Below are positions 10,661 to 21,873 of a DNA stretch of 64,000 nucleotides, piece after piece (position 1 is the stretch's first letter; the number at the start of each line of letters is the position of its first letter). Under the pieces are notes generated by a model. It was not told the DNA's origin and did not search any database. It was given only the letters and a program-made list of their open reading frames with translations. Location: NCBI RefSeq assembly GCF_035084215.1, contig NC_090361.1, forward strand, positions 4,030,001 to 4,094,000. Direction: 5' to 3'. This DNA comes from Heptranchias perlo (taxonomy: Eukaryota). The translations under genes were made by a program, and so were the position numbers.

Positions 10661-13600
10661 GTAGTACATACTGAACTGAGTTATGTGGAGAACTAGGTGT
10701 TAGCCCCGTTACAACAGGCATTGTAGACACTCGAGAGGAGATACAGAAAGGTTTCATTTCACAAATTTATTTAGTGTTTATGCAATTCGAGCTTAGTTTT
10801 AAAAATAGCTTTCCAACTATTCATTTATTTGAATATTATTTATTCTTTATTTGACATTTTTGCTGGTGATGTAGAACTATTTGAAGAATTTTTTTATGTA
10901 AACATTGGTGTAAGTAGGCAGTGCACAAATGTGAAAATACAATAGATAGAGCCTCCATTTTGTGAAGGTGACTTGACATGTAGCCACCATTTTGTAAGGT
11001 AACAACGTGCGGCCACCATTTTGTGATGGTGACCAAACACAGACTATTCGCCTGTATTTTACCATTTTAGCCCTTGGTTAGCCTGAAACTCTCATTTTTT
11101 TGTGCGTTGCTATTCAAACAAGTAATAAAAAATTAATTATTGTACAGTTAACATTTGACTCTGCAAAGATTCCTCAGCAAATGTAATCTCTAAAGCTGAA
11201 TAGGTAACATATCACACCTGGTACTGTGTCTCAGAGATTGCCTGAGGCTATATCTGGTGTACACCTTTACCCATAGTCTGAAAAGCTGCATGGATGCCAA
11301 GCTGTCCAAACACAGGTAGGTTTAAAGAGGAATTGTCCTCCTGCATCTGGGGAGACCGTTCCAACACCTCCCTCACATTGCTGGACAGAATACAAGCTGC
11401 AGCTAATCGTCCGACAGGTGAACCGTCTCCCACTCTAATAATTCCCTCACTCCGTAACAACTCCTGTCTCTCTCTCTCTCTCTTTTATCCATGCTATTAT
11501 GGTTCATCATTTTGAGTAAAAATGGTGGATTGTAAATTGAGGGCGTTTTTTTCTGAAATTACGGAGGATCGTAGGAAGAACACAGGAAGAGGAGGAGGCC
11601 ATTCAGCCCCTCGAGCCCGTTCCACCATTCAATTAGATCGTGGCTGATCTGTATCTTAACTCCATCTACCCGCCTTGGTTCCGTAACCCTTAATACTCTT
11701 GCCTAACAAAAATCTAACAATCTCAATTTTGACCTCGCCTCAACAGGATTTCACGCACAAGAGTTTTCAGTGCTGAGTGCGGGGTGGAAAGGGACAGTAA
11801 CATAGTCAACGATTCTCTTCATTTAACTTCTTTTTGCTTCAAAAGAAAACAGTAATGTAAATAACCTGTAAAATTACAAAAGAAATTCTTTGAATCTCTG
11901 AGGTTTCCTGCTGTATTATTAAAATGCATTTGAGTTTTACCAATCTTGTGTACGATGAATGCTTCTGGTCCTGCACTGTAGCTAAGCTGCGGTGTTTTTT
12001 TTTAAATAATTGAGACAACAGAGGAAGCCGTGAATCTTACGTGCCTCTTAAGACTTTCCAACCTGAGGTACCTCGCTGAAGTGGAGGCTCAGCCAAGGCC
12101 TGAGGTACAGACAAATTGTCCGGGGATTCAGGGCTGTTTTAGGCTCCCAGAAGCTTTGGATTGTCAGAAGTCCTTTAGGATGTACATGTAAGGGGTAATT
12201 TCCGTAAGGCGAGGTGAAACTCCCAGTGTTAGCTGGGAGTGCGGGGTCACAGAATTGGCTCTTTAGTGTCATCGCCTTAAGGGTGGCGCAATGTTTCACT
12301 TGGCACTTAGCAACCCAAGTCTGGATGTTGTCCAGGTCTTGCTGCATGAGGACAAGGACCGCTTCATCATCTGAGGGATTGCGAGTGGAGCTGATCACCT
12401 AACCTAACTCTCTGCTTTCGTAACTTGTACTGATGCCACAAGCCCATCCCGACCTAGCTAGCTCAAGTAACATAACTACACGGACAGAATATAATCCCTT
12501 CATTATTTTGAAAACGTCAATCGTATCCTCTCAAAGTCTACGCTTTTCCAAAGTAAAGAGCTCCAGCTCTCAAGGCCTGTCCTGGTAACTAAGTGCCTTT
12601 AAACTAGATATCAATTAAGTGGCCCTCCTCTGAACCTTTTCCAGGGCCTCTATATCACCCACTATGTGAGGGGACCAAAACTGGACACAGCATTCTACAC
12701 AAGGCCTGAGCAAAGTCTTATATGGGCAAAGGATGGTATTTCTAGTTTTATATTTATTTCTCCTGGCAAAACATCCTAATGTGACAATACTCCAGTGCAG
12801 TGCTGAGGGAGTGCTTCACTGTCAGAGGTGCCGTCTTCCGGATGAGACGTTAAACCGAGGCCCCGTCTTCCCTCTTAAGTGGACGTAAAAGATCCCATGG
12901 CACTATTTCGAAAAAGAGCAGGGGAGTTCTCCCCGGTGTCCTGGGCCAACATTTATCCCTCAACCAACATCACTAAAACAGATTATCTGGCCATTATCAC
13001 ATTGCTGTTTGTGGGATCTTGCTGTGCGCAAATTGGCTGTCGCGTTTCCTACATTACAACAGTGACTACACTTCAAAAGTATTTCATTGGCTGTAAAGCA
13101 CTTTGGGTCGTCCTGAGGTCATGAAAGGCACATGGGAACAACACCACCTGCACGTTCCCCTCCCAAGTCACACACCATCCCGACTTGGAAATATATCGGC
13201 CGTTCCTTCCTCGTCGCTGGGTCAAAATCCTGGAACTCCCGACCTAACAGCACTGTGGGAGAACCTTCACCACACGGACTGCAGCGGTTCAAGAAGGCGG
13301 CTCACCACCACCTTCTCGAGGGCAATTAAGGATGGGCAATAAATGCCGGCCTCGCCAGCGACGCCCACATCCCATGAACGAATAAAAGAAATATAAATTC
13401 AAGCCTTTCTTCTTTCTTTCTTTAATGCTCTATTTGCTTTTACAATAGCCTCATGTCACTGACCTCCCGCTAAGCACGCACTCCAGAAGGTGTAAACATT
13501 CTTGGAGTTCTGCCTGCCCAAGTGCATAACGCTACATTTATGTATATTAACAGACATCTTGCGAATACGGGCCCTCCCCACCACTCGCCCATCGCATGTC

Positions 13601-14541
13601 GATCTGGCTGCCAACGATTGTTCTCACCTGAGGTCCACACACCCGCACATATCTTTGTATCATCTCTGAACTGGTGGACGCCTCGCCCGGTGCCTTCGTT
13701 TCGCTCGTTGGCAAAGATGGTGAAGAGCAGTGGATCCCTGCGGGTGGAACCTTGGAGCCCGCCAGAGCTGGCACAGGCGGCGAAGCATTTCAAGAGTAGT
13801 GACGGCTAAGTTGGGGAACATGAAAGGGTGATACCGCGTTGCCAGACCCCGAAGGAGAAGCGGTGGGAGTGGCTATCCTTAATCAAAGGTCGTGCAGAGA
13901 TCCAGAAAGACGAGCAGAGATAAAGATATCATTGGTGACTCTGAGCAGGGTGCTTTTGGTGATGTGGGCTGGATAAAGCGATTCAAACTGAGCTCCAAAA
14001 CAGAAGAATAAAAAAAAAGAGGAAGGGAAAAGTATTAAAAGAGAAGAGAGGTAACATAGCAGGGAGAGATAGACACATAATAAAGATGGCAGGGCAGGTG
14101 ATGTGTAGCGACTGCAGAATGTGGGAGCTCCTGGACCCCAGTGTGATCCGGGGCAAACACGTCTGCAGTAAGTGTCTGCGGCTTGAGGAGCTTCGGCTCA
14201 GAGTCATTGAACTGGAGGCCGAGCTGCAGACACTGCGACACATCAGGGAGGGGGAAAAATACCTGGACACTCGGTTCCAGGAGGCGGTCACACCGCTTAG
14301 GATAAGGTCGTCTAAATTGGTCAGTGGTCAGGGACAGGAGGGTGTGACTGCGAGCGAGGCAGGTCAGGGGATCGTGGAGATCAGGTAGAAGTGGAGGAGC
14401 CTCAGCCTTTGCAATTCTCCAATAGGTTTGAGGTCCATGCAGCCTGTGTGGATGAAAGCGGGGGCTGCAGGGTGGATGAGCAAACTGACCGTGGCACCAT
14501 GATACAGGAAGCCATTCGAGCGGGGGGAGTTAGTAGGAATG

Positions 14542-15310
14542 AATAGAATAATAGAAAATTTACGGCACAGAAGGAGGCCATTCGGCCCATCGTGTCCGCG
14601 CCGGCTGAGAAACGAGCCACCCAGCCTAATCCCACTTTCCCGCATTTGGTCCGTAGCCCTGCAGGTGCTTCAGGTGCACATCCGAGTATTTTTTAAATGA
14701 GTTGAGGGTTTCTGCCTCTACCACCCTCTCAAGCAGTGAGTTCCAGACCCCCACCACGCTTTGAGCGAAAAAAAATTTCCTCATTTCTGCTCTAATCCTT
14801 CCACCAATCACTTTAAACCCATGCCCTATGGTTATTGACCCCTCCGCTAAGGGAAATAGGTCTGTCTAGGCCCCTCATAATTTTGTACACCTCAAATAAA
14901 TCACCCCTCAGCCTCCGCTGTTCCAAGGAAAACAACCCCAGCCTATCCAATCTTTCCTCATAGCTAAACTTCTCCAGTCTTGGCAACATCCTCGTAAATC
15001 TCCTCTGCACCCTCTCTAGTGCAATTACATCCTTCCTGTAATGTGGTGACCAGAACTGTACCAGTGCTCAAGCTGTGGCCTAACTAGTGCTTTATACAAT
15101 TCCAGCACAACATCCCTGCTTTTATATTCTATGCATTCCATATGCCTTCTTAACCACCTTATCTACCTGTCCTGCTACCTTCAGGGATCTGTGGACATGC
15201 ACTCCAAGGTCCCTCACTTCCTTTACAGCTCTCAGTATCCTCCCATTTATTGTGTATTCCCTTGCCTTGTTTGCTCTCCCCAAATGCATTAACTCACATT
15301 TCTCTGGACT
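14542..15310 (-). mobile_element. 5'-truncated CR1 LINE inserted antisense into ORF1 of the larger LINE
   Basis: Minus-strand CR1 C-terminal peptides (QRRFTRMLPRLEKFSYEERLDRLGLFSLEQRRLRGD); GAATG duplicated at both junctions. Confidence 0.8.
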
Positions 15311-16997
15311 GAATGTAGTGGTAGTTGGGGACAGTATAGTCAAGGGATAGACACAGTTCTCTGCAGCCGAGAACGAGAGCCCAGAAGGCTGTGTTGCCTG
15401 CCTGGTGCCAGGATTCGGGACATCTGCTTTGGGCTGGAGAGGAACTTGCAGTGGGAGGAGGAGGATCCAGTTGTTGTGGTTCACGTAGGTACCAACGACA
15501 TAGGCAGAACGAGGGAAGAGGTTCTGCTTAGGGAGTATGAGCAGCTAGGGGTTAAATTAAAAAGCAGAACCTCAAAGGTAATAATCTCTGGATTATTACC
15601 TGAGCCACGAGCAAATTGACATAGGGTAAATAAGATTAGAGAGTTAAATTCACAGCTCAAAGATTGGTGTGGGAGAAATGGGTTTCGATTCATGGGGCAC
15701 TGGCCCCAGTACTGGGGAAAGTGGGAGCTGTACCGTTGGGACGGGCTTCATCAGAACTGTGCTGGGGCCAGTGTTCTGGCGAATCGTATAACTAGGGCGG
15801 TAGAGAGGGCTTTAAACTAAATAGTGGGGTGAGGGATCAAGTAATGGAAGATGTGATAAATTAAAGAAAGAAGACAAGGCAAGAGAGCAAGGTAGCAATC
15901 AGGGAAATGATAATCAGAGAGTGGCAGGAAGGAACAGAGCATGCAAACTTAAGAGTGCACCAGCAGATAAGGCTAGAGGTTGCAAAAATAGTAAAAAGAC
16001 AGCACTAAAGGCTTTGTATCTGAATGTGCGTAGCATTTGTAACAAAATGGATGAATTGACAGCTCAAATAAAAATAAATATGTACGATCTGAGAGCCATT
16101 ACAGAGACATGGCTGCAAGGTGACAAAGGCTGGAACCTGAATATTCAAGGGCACTTGACATTTCGGAAGGACAGGAAGCTAGGAAAAGGTGGAGGGGTAG
16201 CTCAGTGTTAATTGAGGATGACATGAGTATAATAGAGAGAAATTACCTTAGTTCTAAAGCCCAAGATGTAGAATCAGTTTGGGTAGAGATATGAAATAGC
16301 AAAGGCAAGAAGTCACTTGTGGGATTAGTTTATAGGCCTCCGAACAGTAACCACACTGTACGACAGGGTATACAGGAAGAAATAATGGGGGCTTGTGTGA
16401 AAGGAACAGCGATAATCATGGGTGATTCTAATCTACACATAGATTGGTAGAATCTGATTGGCAAAGGTAGCCTGGAAGATGAGTTCATAGAGTGCTTTCA
16501 GGACAGTTTCTTAGAGCAGCACGTTCTAGAGCCAACCAGAGAGCAGGTTATTCTAGATCTGGTAATGTGTAATGAGACAGGATTAATTAATGACCTCATT
16601 GTAAAGGAGCCTCTAGGTAGCAGTGATCATAATATGATTGAGTTTTGCATTCAGTTTGAGGGAGAGAACAGTAAGTCTAAGACTAGTGTTTTAAACTTAA
16701 ATAAGGGCAATTATGAGGGCATGAAGACAGAGCTGGCTGAAGTGAACTTAGGTTAAGGGATATGTCAGTAGAGATGCAGTGGCAGACATTTAATGAGATA
16801 TTTCATAACACTCAGCAAAGATACATTCCAGTGAGAAAGAAAGACACCAGGGGAAGGACGTACCATCCGTGGCTAACTAAGGAAGTTAAAGATAGTATCA
16901 AGTTAAAAGAAAAAGCATACAATTCCGCAAAGATCAGTGGCAGGTCAGAAAATTGGACAGAACATAAAAAACAGCAAAGAATGACTAAAAGAATAAT

Positions 16998-17209
16998 GTA
17001 AGGAATCTTACAACACCAGGTTATAGTCCAACAAATTTATTTTAAAATCACAAGCTTTCGGAGATTATCTCCTTCGTCAGATTCATTCATCTGACGAAGG
17101 AGATAATCTCCGAAAGCTTGTGATTTTAAAATAAATTTGTTGGACTATAACCTGGTGTTGTAAGATTCCTTACATTTGTCCACCCCAGTCCATCACCGGC
17201 ATCTCCACA
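16998..17209 (+). mobile_element. Penelope-derived palindromic element (second subfamily) inserted into CR1 ORF2
   Basis: Inverted arms of about 85 bp, tail CCCCAGTCCATCACCGGCATCTCCACA, 12-bp TSD TAAAAGAATAAT at 16986-16997 and 17210-17221. The LINE reading frame resumes after it. Confidence 0.85.
17087..17123 (+). ncRNA. Minimal hammerhead ribozyme motif (PLE type); mirror core on the - strand
   Basis: UCAU-CUGACGA-A-GGAGA(UAA)UCUCC-GAAA-GC-UU-GUGA; stems covary with the 4838-4878 copy. Confidence 0.65.
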
Positions 17210-18109
17210 TAAAAGAATAATAAGGAGGGAGAAATTAGAGTTCGAGAGAAAGCGAGCTAGAAATATAAAAACAGATAGTAAGAGTTTCTACAGGTATTTA
17301 AAAAGTAAGTAAAGTGAGTGTTGGTCCTCTAGAGAGCGAGTCTGTGGAATTAATAATGGAGGATAAGGAAATGGCGGATAAATTGAACAGATATTTTGCG
17401 TCCGTCTTCACTGTAGAGGATACAAATAACATCCCAGAAATCATTGCGAATCAAGAGGTGAAAGAGAGGGAGGATCTTAAAATATTTACAATCACCAGGG
17501 AAAGGGTTTTGAAAAAAATATTAAGACTAAAAGCTGACAAGTCCCCAGGTCCTGACGGACTTCATCCTAGGGTCTTAAAAGAAGTGGCTGCAGAGATAGT
17601 AATGATTAGGAAGGCAAATGGACATTGCAAGGGGAATGGAACATAAAAGTAGAGATGTTTTGCTACAGTTGTACAGGGCATTGGTGAGACCACATCTAGA
17701 ATACTGTGTGCAGTTTTGGTCTCCTTATTTAAGAAAGGACATAATCGCTTTGGAGGCGGTTCAGAGAAGGTTCACTCGACTGATTCCTGGGATGAGGGGG
17801 TTATCTTATGAGGAAAGGTTGGACAAGTTGGGCCTGTATACACTGGAGTTTAGAAGAATGAGAGGTGATCTTATTGAAACATATAAGATCCTGAGGGGAC
17901 TTGAAGGGGTAGATGCTGAGAGGATGTTTCTCCTTGTGGGAGAGACTAGAACTAAGGACCACAGTTTAAAAATAAGGGGTCTCCCATTGAAGACAGTGTA
18001 GGATTATCATTTTTTAATCCAAGATTTTATTCACCAGGGGAAAGCCCCAGTTTTGGGAAAATGGCTGCGTAAAGGACACTGTTTAAAACACAGTTCCCAG
18101 ACCAGAAAG

Positions 18110-18150
18110 TTGTAAGGAATCCCAGTCCATCACCGGCATCTCCACATCAA
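18110..18150 (+). mobile_element. Stub of the same PLE-derived family, palindrome absent
   Basis: TGTAAGGAATC fused to CCAGTCCATCACCGGCATCTCCACAT, flanked by the direct repeat ACCAGAAAG. Confidence 0.65.
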
Positions 18151-18484
18151 ACCAGAAAGGACAAGCTTTTGAACTAAAACCCACCCACCCACAGTGCCTT
18201 ACATCATCACTGGCTCCAAGTTGGCTAAGGAGACAATGAAATCCACCAGTTGATATAATTAAGTCAATCGGTCGGGACAACAGAACCCATCTGAAAACAG
18301 TTCACACCTCATATAGTACGCAAGATCAGCAGTTCCCATCGTCCCCCAAAACCAGCCAGCTGAGAGGCAGGAAAATAATACCCATTCAAACAAAGCTTTC
18401 TCTCCAAGGACCAATCGTAGCATTTTGCACCGTCTGAGTAGAGCAGCCAGAAAACAGTATAACTGTTGCAGCCGAGGGAAGGAG

Positions 18485-18652
18485 GGGGTCGAACAGTGGA
18501 GGGGTCCAACAGTGGAGGGGTCAAACAGTGGAGGGGTCAAACAGTGGAGGGGTCAAACAGTGGAGGGGTCAAACAGTGGAGGGGTCAAACAGTGGAGGGG
18601 TCAAACAGTGGAGGGGTCAAACAGTGGAGGGGGTCAAACAGTGGATGTCAAA
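18485..18652. repeat. 16-bp minisatellite (GTGGAGGGGTCAAACA), about 10 copies, inside the solo LTR
   Basis: Direct tandem copies are visible and explain the repetitive ORFs at 18425-18912. Confidence 0.9.
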
Positions 18653-19552
18653 GGGACACCAGCGACACAGCTCTACAACATCAGAAGATCAGAGCAGGCC
18701 GCTCTCTCTACAACCAGGACCGAAGGAAGTCGCATGCCCCAAGCAACGGGTACGGCCCCAAGGACTTGGATCGTAGAAGGCACGACCCGGCAGCCAAAGT
18801 CAGCAGGGTGAGCATTTCAACCGCAGCCTGCAGAATACTCAACTCACAGCCGTGTGGAGAGTTACCTCTGCATGTCCCGACCAAACCTCAGCAGTATAGT
18901 GTTGGTAGTTAACAGCCGTGAGTAGGGGAACACGGAGGGGCTTAGTTTAAGACGTCCAAGGGGAAGTAATCTATTTGTTCCTAGTCCTATAGGAACGTTA
19001 GCATTGGTTTTGCCATATTGAGATTTGCTGTACACATTAAACATACTTTTACTGTTCAAAATCTGAAACCTGTGTCAGTTGCATTATTCATCTTCTTTCA
19101 GTGTGATTCATAAGGATAATGGCAGATTTTCGACCGTAAATAAGTGAGTTCGGCTGTGACAAGCAAGGCTGAACGACCCTCACACGATCGGAAACACCCT
19201 ACAACGGAGATAAGGAGAATTTTTTTCCTTTAGAGGATCGTGAATCTGTGGAACTCCCTTCCCCAGAGAGCGGTGGAGGCAGGGTCATTGAATATTTTTA
19301 AGGCTGAGTTAGATAGATTCCTGATTAACAAGGGAGTCAAAGGTTATAGTAGATAGACAGGAAAGTTAGGTTGAGGTCACAATCAGATCAGCCATGATTT
19401 TATCAAATGGCAGAGCAGGCTCGAGGGGCCGAATGTCCCACTCCTGCTCTTAATTCGTATGTTCCTATTTTTTTTATTCATTCATGGGATGTGGGCGTCG
19501 CTGGCGAGGCCGGCATTTATTGCCCATCCCTAATTGCCTTTGAGAAGGTGGA

Positions 19553-20190
19553 GAAAAGACATACTTGCTCTCGAGGCAGTACAAAGAAGGTTCACTCGGT
19601 TAATCCCGGGGATGAGGGGGCGGACATATGAGGAGAGGTTGAGTAGATTGGGACTCTACTCATTGGAGTTCAGAAGAATGAGAGGCGATCTTATTGAAAC
19701 ATATAAGATTGTGAAGGGGCTTGATCGGGTGGATGCGGTAATGATGTTCCCAAGGATGGGTGAAACTAGAACTAGGGGGCATAATCTTAGAATAAGGGGC
19801 TGCTCTTTCAAAACTGAGATGAGGAGAAACTTCTTCACTCAGAGGGTGGTAGGTCTGTGGAATTTGCTGCCTCAGGAAGCTGTGGAAGCTACATCATTAG
19901 ATAAATTTAAAACAGAAATAGACAGTTTTCTAGAAGTAAAGGGAATTAGGGGTTATGGGGAGCGGGCAGGAAATTGGACATGAAGCTGAGTTCAGATCGG
20001 TCAATGCCCTGTGGGTGGCGGAGAGGGCCCAGGGGCTGTGTGGCCGGGTCCTGCTCCTACTTCTTGTGTTCTTTAGATTTGTGGTTGGGATCAGATCAGC
20101 CATGATCTTATTGAATGGCGGAGCAGGCTCGAGGGGCCGATTGGCCTACTCCTGCTCCAATTTCTTATGTTCTTATGTTCTTATGTTCTT
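19553..20190 (+). mobile_element. Young CR1 LINE 3' fragment
   Basis: Open ORF2 C-terminus, (TTCTTATG)n tail, near-identical to 54467-55153; interrupts another LINE 3' end. Confidence 0.88.
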
Positions 20191-20862
20191 GAACCGCTGC
20201 AGTCCGTGTGGTGAAGGTTCTCCCACAGTGCTGTTAGGGAGGGAGTTCCAGGATTTTGACCCAGCGACGATGAAGGAACGGCGATATATTTCCAAGTCGG
20301 GATGGTGTGTGATTTGGAGGGGAACGTGCAGGTGGTGTTGTTCCCATGTACCTGCTGCTCTTGTCCTTCTAAGTGGTAGAGGTCGCGGGTTTGGGAGGTG
20401 CTGTCGAAGAAGCCTTGGCGAGTTGCTGCAGTGCATCCACTCAGCACTTCTGGCTGAAGATGGTTGCAAACGTATGTTCGTAGAGAGAGAACTGTGAAGG
20501 AGCTGGGATTGTTCTCCCTACAGCAGAGAAGGTTAAAGGGAGATTTCATAGAGGTGTTCAAAATTACAAAGGGTTTGATAGAGGAAATAAGGAAAAACTG
20601 TTTCCACTGCCAGGAGGGTCGGTAACCAGAGGACACAGATTTAAGGTAATTAGCAAAAGAACCAGAGGGGAGATGAGGAGAATGTTTTTACGGAGCGAGT
20701 TGTTCTGATCTGGAATGCGCTGCTTGAAAGGGCGGTGGAAGCAGATTCAATAATAACTTTCAAAAGGGAATTGGATAAATAGTTGAAAAGGAAAAGTTTA
20801 CAGGGCTATGGCGAAAGGGCAGGGGAGCGGGACTAATTGGACAGCTCTTTCAAAGAGCCGGC

Positions 20863-21002
20863 ACGTACACACGTATATACATACACACACATACACATAT
20901 ATACATACACACACAAACACAAAGCCACATATACACACACACAAACACAAACACGCAGTTACATATACACACACACAGAGTCACATATACACACACACAC
21001 AT
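20863..21002. repeat. Compound (CA)n/(TA)n microsatellite
   Basis: Visible CA/TA runs interrupting a CR1 tail. Confidence 0.9.
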
Positions 21003-21516
21003 AGCTTTTTCAAAGAGCTAGCACAGGCACGATGGGCTAAATGGCCCCCCTTTATAAGATGTAAGATTCTATGATTCTATAGCTGGAAGTGGCATAGTCC
21101 AAGATCTCCAAGAACCAGCAAGTTGATTGGAAGTTGGAGATGTGGCTTAAGCAGGATTTTGCTTGTCTCCAAAGCAATTTAACCAAGCGTGACTCACTCG
21201 CTAATTGAGACACACGGGTACTAAAGGTCAGGCGCCCCTACAGTTGGAGTTGCTGCCCTGAAGTTGGGCCAAAGCACGTTGCTAGGGCAGGGTAGCGGGA
21301 GCTTTATTCTGCACCTAACACACAATGTACTCCATCTGGAAGTACACCATGTTGAAACATCCACCTGAGCACCAACATCCCCCCTACATTTTGAGCACAA
21401 ACATCCATACAAAATAAAACAAGAAAGGGTAAAGAGGAGATGGGTGATGTAAAGCAGAGACACATAACGATCATTCTTGATAGCAGTGTCTTTTTTTTCT
21501 ACATGGCACATCATCG

Positions 21517-21687
21517 AGATAAGCAACTCACAGGAAGTGCAGAAGATTAGCATCAACCTCCACCAAACCCATCTCAGACTACAAGTGGCTTCAGGATAAA
21601 AAATTTATGCAAAAGTTTAAATAAACACCCTGCCCACCTGTTCTCAAGAATAGATTAACTTCACTGGTGACGTCTGAATATATATAA
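21517..21687 (+). promoter_or_regulatory. Putative lectin promoter with GATA, ETS/PU.1, CRE-like and TATA motifs
   Basis: AGATAA 21517-21522, CAGGAAGTG 21531-21539, TGACGTC 21668-21674 and TATATATAA 21679-21687, directly upstream of the ATG at 21744. Motif matches only. Confidence 0.45.
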
Positions 21688-21743
21688 TTTTTTCCACGGT
21701 TCCTTCGACTAGACTCAGCCGGAGACGGGCACCGACAGGATTC

Positions 21744-21873
21744 ATGGCTCACGATCAGACTTATGCTAACTTGCAGGTTCTCAGTGGGGGCCGGGAAGAC
21801 AACACCATCTACAGCAACTTCTGCAATCACTTGCGACATGGCGAACGGGAGGGGATGCACAGAGGGAAACAAG
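21744..21873 (+). CDS. Lectin exon 1: cytoplasmic tail MAHDQTYANLQVLSGGREDNTIYSNFCNHLRHGEREGMHRGKQ
   Basis: ATG about 60 bp after a TATA-like element; two tyrosine motifs; AAG|gtaaag donor in phase 1, matching the TM exon. Confidence 0.75.

Larger units (their letters stand above)
17997..19203. mobile_element. Solo LTR (Gypsy/ERV type) inserted into the CR1 3' region
   Basis: Ends TGTAGG...CCTACA (perfect 6-bp TG..CA inverted termini); 4-bp TSD ACAG/ACGG with one mismatch; the LINE text GLPLKT|EIRRIF is interrupted exactly here; ATTAAA at about 19036. Confidence 0.7.
13984..19465 (+). mobile_element. Near full-length degenerate CR1/HER1-type LINE: ORF1 Zn-finger/leucine zipper/SGNH esterase, ORF2 endonuclease, RT largely deleted, with nested insertions
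   Basis: ORF1 MAGQVMCSDC...CSKCLRLEELRLRVIELEAEL and VVVVGDSIVKG; ORF2 LYLNVRSI...AITETWL, EPLGSSDHNMI, KSPGPDGLHPRVLKE, then a jump to the C-terminus [19 protein letters not shown]. Many stops and frameshifts; 3' tail near 19460. Confidence 0.88.

Noticed and set aside
14086-14388. Zn-finger/leucine-zipper ORF as a host gene
   Set aside because: It is CR1 ORF1, contiguous with esterase and endonuclease remnants.
18425-18912. Repetitive ORFs (VEGSNSGGVKQWRGQT)n
   Set aside because: Translation of the 16-bp minisatellite.
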